This document shows, one piece after another, positions 58,423 through 64,000 of a stretch of DNA of 64,000 bases. The notes beneath the pieces are model-generated. The model ran no database searches and was not told the DNA's origin. It saw nothing but the letters and a program-made list of their open reading frames with translations. Location: the NCBI GenBank assembly GCA_963790475.1, contig CAWBOS010000015.1, positions 160,001 through 224,000 of the forward strand, given 5' to 3'. The translations under genes and the position numbers were made by a program. Origin of the DNA: an uncultured delta proteobacterium (GTDB lineage Bacteria > Desulfobacterota > RBG-13-43-22). Numbering within the stretch: position 1 is the first letter of the stretch; the number at the start of each line of letters is the position of its first letter.

Positions 58423-58761
58423 TTATTTCTTTTCCGCCGGAGCCGCAGGAGCTTCTTCTTTCTTGGGGCCAGCTTTTTTTGCCTTCTTTACTACCTTTTT
58501 CTTTTTGACCGGTTTCTTTTTCTGGCTCGTTTCTTTAACAGTGGTCTCTATTACATTTTTTGCTGGGTCTGTTTTCGCTGTCTTGGTCATTTTATCTTTC
58601 TTTATTACATTAACTGATTGATATGATAGGACAATTCTTTCCGCCTCAAGCCAATGGTCAAGATCATGGCCGTGGGAATAGCCGCTCTTCATAAAAATGT
58701 CATAAGCTACCTTGGCGATTTCTCTATGCAGATTTTTTCCGGGCACAAGAACACCTCCCAT
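58423..58761 (-). CDS. DUF2934 domain protein with a Lys/Ala-rich tail
   Basis: IAKVAYDIF..G..HGHDLDHWLEAE; KKKPVKKKKVVKKAKK tail. Confidence 0.8.
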   Translation of the reverse strand: MGGVLVPGKNLHREIAKVAYDIFMKSGYSHGHDLDHWLEAERIVLSYQSVNVIKKDKMTKTAKTDPAKNVIETTVKETSQKKKPVKKKKVVKKAKKAGPKKEEAPAAPAEKK

Positions 58762-58843
58762 TCTTTGAAATTTAAGAACATCTTGATTATATAGGAACCA
58801 TCGTTTTTTTTATGGCCATTAGAAAACCCGGATAAACGCTATT

Positions 58844-59041
58844 TTATTCTTTTTTATCAGTCTTGTCCTTTTCAATTTCTTTGGGTTCAGATGGTAATTC
58901 CTTTTCATGACCACTTAACCCATCTTTAAGTTCCTTTATTCCTTGTCCCAGACTTTTGCCAATTTCTGGCAATTTTTTGGACCCAAAGACAAGAGCGGCT
59001 ATGATCAAAACAACTAATAGATCCTGATCCAGACCAAGCAT
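58844..59041 (-). CDS. tatA: Twin-arginine translocase TatA/E subunit
   Basis: TM helix followed by FGSKKLPEIGKSLGQGIKELK. Confidence 0.9.
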   Translation of the reverse strand: MLGLDQDLLVVLIIAALVFGSKKLPEIGKSLGQGIKELKDGLSGHEKELPSEPKEIEKDKTDKKE

Positions 59042-59344
59042 AAATACCTGCCTTTTCTGACCTACTTTATGAAAAAAAGATTAATATAACTTCTTGTTTA
59101 TCTTCGAATAAGTATACCTATATGGCTTTGCACTCAACATTGATTACGTATGTAGTATACACCATTTTCAAACTTTTTGAAATGAGGCTTTAAGCAATCG
59201 GTGAGTATCTCCATTAACGGTTAAAGAATCATAGTATTCTAATTTCTTTTTAATGAAGCCACCGGGAGACTTTATGTGTCAGTGTATGCAGTGTATGCGG
59301 GGAGAAAGGAGGCGATCTTACAACGGAGAAAAGAGAAAAAACGA

Positions 59345-59374
59345 TTGACCTTGGAACGTAGGAAGCGATACAAT
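59345..59374 (+). promoter_or_regulatory. Sigma70 promoter TTGACC-18-TACAAT
   Basis: Hexamers at 59345-59350 and 59369-59374. Confidence 0.6.
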
Positions 59375-59508
59375 TTCAACCCAGGCAACAATAGCCCGGA
59401 TCAGCGTCAGGTTGCAAACTCAGCCTAGAGAAATTTGTCCATTTTGGCCTGACGACATTGATAGGCTTGTTTTGCTATTAACCACTAACAACGAAAGAGA
59501 GGCAGTCT

Positions 59509-60039
59509 ATGCGTTTCACAAAGATCTTCATCTTCTTAACTTTAAGTCTGGCCATTAGTTTTTGGGGTTGTACGAAGAATCAGAAGAGTGAGGCACCTAA
59601 ACAGCAACAGATTATTAAGAACCTGGTTCCACCTAAGGTGGAAATTAAGGGACCGATATTTGGGGTGGAAATCACTGATCTTGCAGTCACTATGACCGTA
59701 GACACCAATTCTAAAGAAGTCGTCGAGACCCCGAAGCTCGGGGGTCATATCAAGATCACCAATAAATCAGAAAATGTTTTGGACATCCAGGCGCTTACTC
59801 TCGAATATCTGGATGAAGCCGGAAAGGTCATTCCTTTTGGTTCTGGAGAGAAAATAGCGACAGTTAATCCGTTTTGGAAGGCCCTTCAGCCTGGAGAAGC
59901 TACCGAAGGGTCTTTGGACGCTACCATCCCAAGAAAAGCTGCCAAGGAAAAGGCCCTTGGAAAGGTGCAAGTCAACCTGGTCTATGTCCCCTCTCTTCTT
60001 AAACGAGAAACGCTGAGTTTGCCAGAAAAAGTTGAATAG
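59509..60039 (+). CDS. Hypothetical lipoprotein
   Basis: Signal peptide ending SFWGC; SD GAGG. Confidence 0.75.
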   Translation: MRFTKIFIFLTLSLAISFWGCTKNQKSEAPKQQQIIKNLVPPKVEIKGPIFGVEITDLAVTMTVDTNSKEVVETPKLGGHIKITNKSENVLDIQALTLEYLDEAGKVIPFGSGEKIATVNPFWKALQPGEATEGSLDATIPRKAAKEKALGKVQVNLVYVPSLLKRETLSLPEKVE

Positions 60040-60184
60040 CGCCAACCTTAATCCATGAGGCTAAAGAGGGAGGCCATTTTTACTGCCCAGAGGAATAGAT
60101 AGCTTCACTTACAATGGTGAAAACAAATAGACCCGAAAATCTTTGCTGCAGTGGTCCAGGGTCAAAAAAGAAACTCGCCCATTT

Positions 60185-60412
60185 TCAGCCTACCCAGGGC
60201 CACTGCCAGGCTTCGTAAAATACGGGTTCCCTGAATCCGGTTCGAAAGACGAGCCCCAATTGGGAGCCGACCATGACGCCAATGGCCAAAAAGTTCGTCT
60301 GGTGTATCCCATACGTCAAAATTCCGGTCAGGGCCATATTGGCCAGGATGAAATGAGGGGTGGCCGCAGCGATGTCGACAGGAAAACGGAGGAGATAAAC
60401 CAAAGCCGGCAC
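60185..60412 (-). pseudogene. TauE/SafE (TSUP) transporter fragment
   Basis: VPALVYLLRFPVDIAAAT.HFILA and LAIGVMVGSQLG segments, internally deleted; 5' part missing. Confidence 0.6.
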
Positions 60413-60426
60413 AAGAAGGTTAAATC

Positions 60427-60464
60427 TTAAACTAATCCACCGACAAGGTCGGTGGGTAGTTTAA
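60427..60464. repeat. IS200/IS605-end-like or REP-like hairpin
   Basis: TTAAACTAATCCACCGAC-AAG-GTCGGTGGGTAGTTTAA. Confidence 0.55.
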
Positions 60465-60495
60465 TAGCCAAATAATTTCAAGTCCCTTTTATTGA

Positions 60496-60805
60496 GTCGA
60501 GTAGCCCGGGGAAATTTCACCCCCAGGCACTCACAGATCCGGACGTGACAGTCTCCCGTCATCCGGCTCCTATCATCCAGTTGCCTTTTAAAGCAACTTT
60601 AGCTTGCTTCCTGGCTCCTCCCATCTCTGGTTGACCAAAAGGCAAGGACCGATGATCCAACCCCTTCGCTCCATTCCTATTACAGAGACTTCAACACTAC
60701 TACGAGTTGGTCGTCCCTGTGCCCCGCGTCGGTACTGTCATTCTCATGGTTTCCTCCACTTGAATTTCTCCCTTATCATCGGGACGACAGGTTCCCGCAT
60801 TCCGG
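60496..60805 (-). mobile_element. ORF-less, 5'-truncated group II intron remnant
   Basis: Domain V GAGCCGGATGACGGGAGACTGTCACGTCCGGATC (60569-60536, AGC triad); domain VI ending CTACTCGAC; upstream DI-DIII-like sequence; no RT ORF. Confidence 0.85.
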
Positions 60806-61181
60806 ATTTCAATCGGAAATTGATAGGATTGAAGATATACACTCGGGTTTCTCTCCATACCCGGTCGAGTTCCGGATATGTTTTATCAAGGGCTGAAACG
60901 CATTCTAAGTCGAAAATAAAAATTCTTAATATCATTATTTTAGCGTTCCAACTAGTTGCCTGGTCCGACCCTAAATCAAAATTCGATAAAATACTATAAG
61001 TTTCATTATAAAATACAGGAATGGCCTTATTTTTTTATCTTTTTGAAATTGAGATAATAGGAATATTTTCGAAGGGCAAGGTTTCGGGGCTCATTTGAAA
61101 AATCAAGACTAGCGCTGGATTCAGAGAACAACGGTTTCGTATTTTTCCCATTATTAAACCCAAAAATAGGAGAAAGTTATC

Positions 61182-62594
61182 TTGATCAACCGCAAATATT
61201 ATTACTCTATTTTGATCATGGTTGTTCTTTTTGGGGCAACCTCGATCACCCCGGCCTGGACCGCACAAAAACCCGTTGATTTAAGCACCGCCATTATCCA
61301 GGTAGCCAAAGAAAATCTTTCTAAGGTTGTCTATGTTGAAGTGAGTGAAAGCAGGGAAGTAACGAATCCTATGCTGCCTTTCCAAAATGACCCCTTCTTT
61401 CGTCACTTCTTTGGCGTTCCCAGAATGCCTAAGAAGTTCAAACAGGAAACCAAGGGGCTGGGATCGGGGATGATCATCGATTCCAAAGGCAACATTCTAA
61501 CCAACTACCATGTGGCCGGAGGGGCGACAAAAATCGAAGTTACCCTGGCCGATGGCAGTAAGTACCCGGCCCGTTTGGTGGGAGGGGATCCGAAGACCGA
61601 CCTGGCGGTAATCCATATCTCACCCAAGGAAAATCTCCCCTATGTCACTTTTGGGGATTCGGACCAGATGGAAGTAGGCGAATGGGTGGTGGCCATCGGC
61701 GCCCCTCGGGCCTTGGAGAAATCGGTAACCCAGGGGATTATCAGCGCCAAACATCGGACTGGAATATCGGATCCGACCAGTTATGAGGACTTTCTCCAAA
61801 CCGATGCCCCCATCAACCCGGGCAACAGTGGCGGACCCCTTCTCAATCTAAATGGTCAGGTCATCGGGGTGAACGCCGCCATAGCCACCGAGTCGGGTGG
61901 TTTTGAAGGAATCGGCTTCACCATTCCAGGTAATATGGCTCAATACGTTGCCAGAACTATTATAGCCCACGGAAAAGTGGAACGAGGTTGGCTGGGGGTA
62001 TCCATCCGTACTCTGACTCCGGAATTGGCCAAGTCTGTTCAAGCCAAGGGCCTGACAGGGGCGCTGGTAGTGGAAGCGACCAAAGGGGGACCGGCGGATA
62101 AGGCAGGGATAAAAAAGAACGATGTGATCATTGCCTATCGTGGGAAAGAGGTAACCGGCGTCAATGAATTCCGAAATAAGGTGGCCGAGACTCCCATCGG
62201 TACGGAAGCCAAGATTACGGTTCTCAGGGACGGAAGAAAAGAAGAATTAACGGTAAGAATCGGAAGTCTGGAGGAGTCCACAAAGCTCCTCTCTATCTCG
62301 GTCGAAGAGCGTTTAGGTATAGAGGTCAGATCTCCCCATTCCTCGGAGGTAACCAAATACGGCCTGAATGAAAATCAAGGGGTTGTCATTATTAAGGTTG
62401 ATCCGAAAAGCCCCCTTAAAGAGGCCGGTTTTGAGACGGGGGACATAATCCTGGCCATAGAAAATCAACCCATTCACAACCTGGAGGGCTTTGTTGATTT
62501 GGTAAGTCTTTTAAAACCAAAAGCGAAAATATCCATCCTCGGTCTTGATCACCGGACCGGCAATACGGGTGAGGTTCAGGTTACCGTTAGGTGA
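61182..62594 (+). CDS. DegP/DegQ (HtrA) serine protease with two PDZ domains
   Basis: GLGSG, TNYHV, TDLAV, QTDAPINPGNSGGPL, RGWLGV. Confidence 0.95.
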   Translation: MINRKYYYSILIMVVLFGATSITPAWTAQKPVDLSTAIIQVAKENLSKVVYVEVSESREVTNPMLPFQNDPFFRHFFGVPRMPKKFKQETKGLGSGMIIDSKGNILTNYHVAGGATKIEVTLADGSKYPARLVGGDPKTDLAVIHISPKENLPYVTFGDSDQMEVGEWVVAIGAPRALEKSVTQGIISAKHRTGISDPTSYEDFLQTDAPINPGNSGGPLLNLNGQVIGVNAAIATESGGFEGIGFTIPGNMAQYVARTIIAHGKVERGWLGVSIRTLTPELAKSVQAKGLTGALVVEATKGGPADKAGIKKNDVIIAYRGKEVTGVNEFRNKVAETPIGTEAKITVLRDGRKEELTVRIGSLEESTKLLSISVEERLGIEVRSPHSSEVTKYGLNENQGVVIIKVDPKSPLKEAGFETGDIILAIENQPIHNLEGFVDLVSLLKPKAKISILGLDHRTGNTGEVQVTVR

Positions 62595-62674
62595 TAGGTT
62601 TTGTTACAGGCAATGTTCGGGAGATCGCCCATTCCGAAATAAGGCAGGGGTATTGAAGCATCAGGAGAGAACTC

Positions 62675-64000
62675 GTGTATCTAAAAAAGATAATAAGCTT
62701 TTTTCTGGCTTTCTTTATTCTGGGCCTCTCTCCGATCGTGGTAAAAACAATTAATGGCCAAGACAAACCAAAGGAGAGGTCACGCCCGTCTGAAAAACCG
62801 ATGGGAAAAAAGGCGACTCCGGAACTTCCTCCTGAGCCGAAACTTTCGATTACTCATCACTTCATGGAGGTTAACGGCAAACCTCTGAGTTACACGACCA
62901 CCACAGGTTCCATCCAGTTAAAGGATGAGGCCGGAAAGGTCAAAGCACAGCTCTTTTTTATTGCTTATGTAAAGGATGGAGAACAAATCAAATCCGGGAG
63001 GCCTATTACCTTTGCTTTTAACGGAGGGCCGGGGGCGGCTTCGGTCTTTCTGCATCTTGGTGCTTTGGGCCCCAAACGTGTCCTCCTGGGAGATGATGAG
63101 GCCCTGCCGCCACCTTACCGATTGGTGCCGAATGAATACACCTGGCTGACTTTTACCGATCTTGTATTTATTGATCCTGTGGGTACTGGTTATAGCCGAG
63201 CCGCCTCGGGGGTTGACCCAAAGGAATTTTATGGACTGAAGGGAGATATTCAATCGGTTGGGGAAGTTATCCGGATTTATGTGACAAGATATAAACGGTG
63301 GTTGTCGCCGAAATTTATTGCCGGGGAAAGTTATGGCACAACGAGAGCAGCCGGCCTGTCCGGCTATCTCCAGAATAAAGTAGGTATGAATCTCAATGGC
63401 CTTATCCTCATTTCAGAAGTCCTGAACTTTCAAACGATCGCTTTCACTCCTGGAAATGACCTGCCTTATATCTTATACCTTCCTTCGTACGCACTGACCG
63501 CGCTCTATTATAGAAAATCTTCTCTTGTCTTGCCGACCGATTTAGTAAAATTCCGAGAAGAAGTGGAAAGGTATGCCCAGAGAGAATACTTGTTGGCCTT
63601 GGCTAAAGGAGATGGACTCTCGGATGAAGAGAAGGCCGAGGTGATTGACCGAATGTCAAATTTTACCGGCCTCCCGAAAAAATTTTTACAGAATTCCAAC
63701 TTACGTATCAGTAATGATGTCTTCGTTAGAGAACTGCTTCGAGATGAGAATAGGATTATCGGTGTTTTGGATTCGAGAATTAGCGGAAACTATCGAGTCC
63801 ATGACTTTGTGGAGGACCCCAGCGTTTTTTTAGTGATCGGCCCGTTAGTGGCTACCTGGAATGACTACGTGAGGAATGAATTAAAGTATGAGTCGGAAAT
63901 ACCCTATATGATTCTGTCCGAAAAGGTGAATGAGTCATGGGATTGGAGCCCCCCCGCTTCAAAAGGACCGGGTTATGTAGATGTCGCCAAGACTTTACGG
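62675..64000 (+). CDS. Peptidase S10 serine carboxypeptidase (partial, runs off the window end)
   Basis: Manual translation from GTG 62675 (SD AGGAG): signal peptide, FNGGPGAAS, DLVFIDPVGTGYS, GESYGT. Confidence 0.9.
   Translation, partial: MYLKKIISFFLAFFILGLSPIVVKTINGQDKPKERSRPSEKPMGKKATPELPPEPKLSITHHFMEVNGKPLSYTTTTGSIQLKDEAGKVKAQLFFIAYVKDGEQIKSGRPITFAFNGGPGAASVFLHLGALGPKRVLLGDDEALPPPYRLVPNEYTWLTFTDLVFIDPVGTGYSRAASGVDPKEFYGLKGDIQSVGEVIRIYVTRYKRWLSPKFIAGESYGTTRAAGLSGYLQNKVGMNLNGLILISEVLNFQTIAFTPGNDLPYILYLPSYALTALYYRKSSLVLPTDLVKFREEVERYAQREYLLALAKGDGLSDEEKAEVIDRMSNFTGLPKKFLQNSNLRISNDVFVRELLRDENRIIGVLDSRISGNYRVHDFVEDPSVFLVIGPLVATWNDYVRNELKYESEIPYMILSEKVNESWDWSPPASKGPGYVDVAKTLR

Overview
About 64 kb of a bacterial chromosome, most likely an anaerobic Desulfobacterota (deltaproteobacterium); this is inferred from gene content such as a DVU0772-like protein, a PEP-CTERM gene, Bcd/ETF and an AbfD-like enzyme. 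Housekeeping blocks include yceD-rpmF-plsX-acyl-CoA dehydrogenase-etfB-etfA, gltX with tRNA-Gln and tRNA-Glu, lepA-hemW-smr, infA, arfB, an RND pump, ruvX-mltG and degP. Accessory DNA lies between them: a partial type II FAS/aryl-polyene-like lipid cluster after the tRNAs, a sigma54 PEP-CTERM locus split by an ISL3, a decayed integron cassette array with no integrase nearby (TA, CPBP and GNAT cassettes), an IS4-like element carrying its own HTH gene, several MITE-like hairpins, and an ORF-less group II intron remnant. The two strongest candidates for little-described systems are (1) a leaderless lexA-PolB2 (archaeal Dpo2-type, proofreading-dead) SOS cassette with a CTGT-N8-ACAG box inside its promoter, and (2) a PTS Enzyme I fused to an N-terminal multi-pass membrane domain with no PTS partners nearby. 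Several single-site frameshifts could be real decay or assembly errors. All family calls come from motif recognition by eye; no database searches were run.
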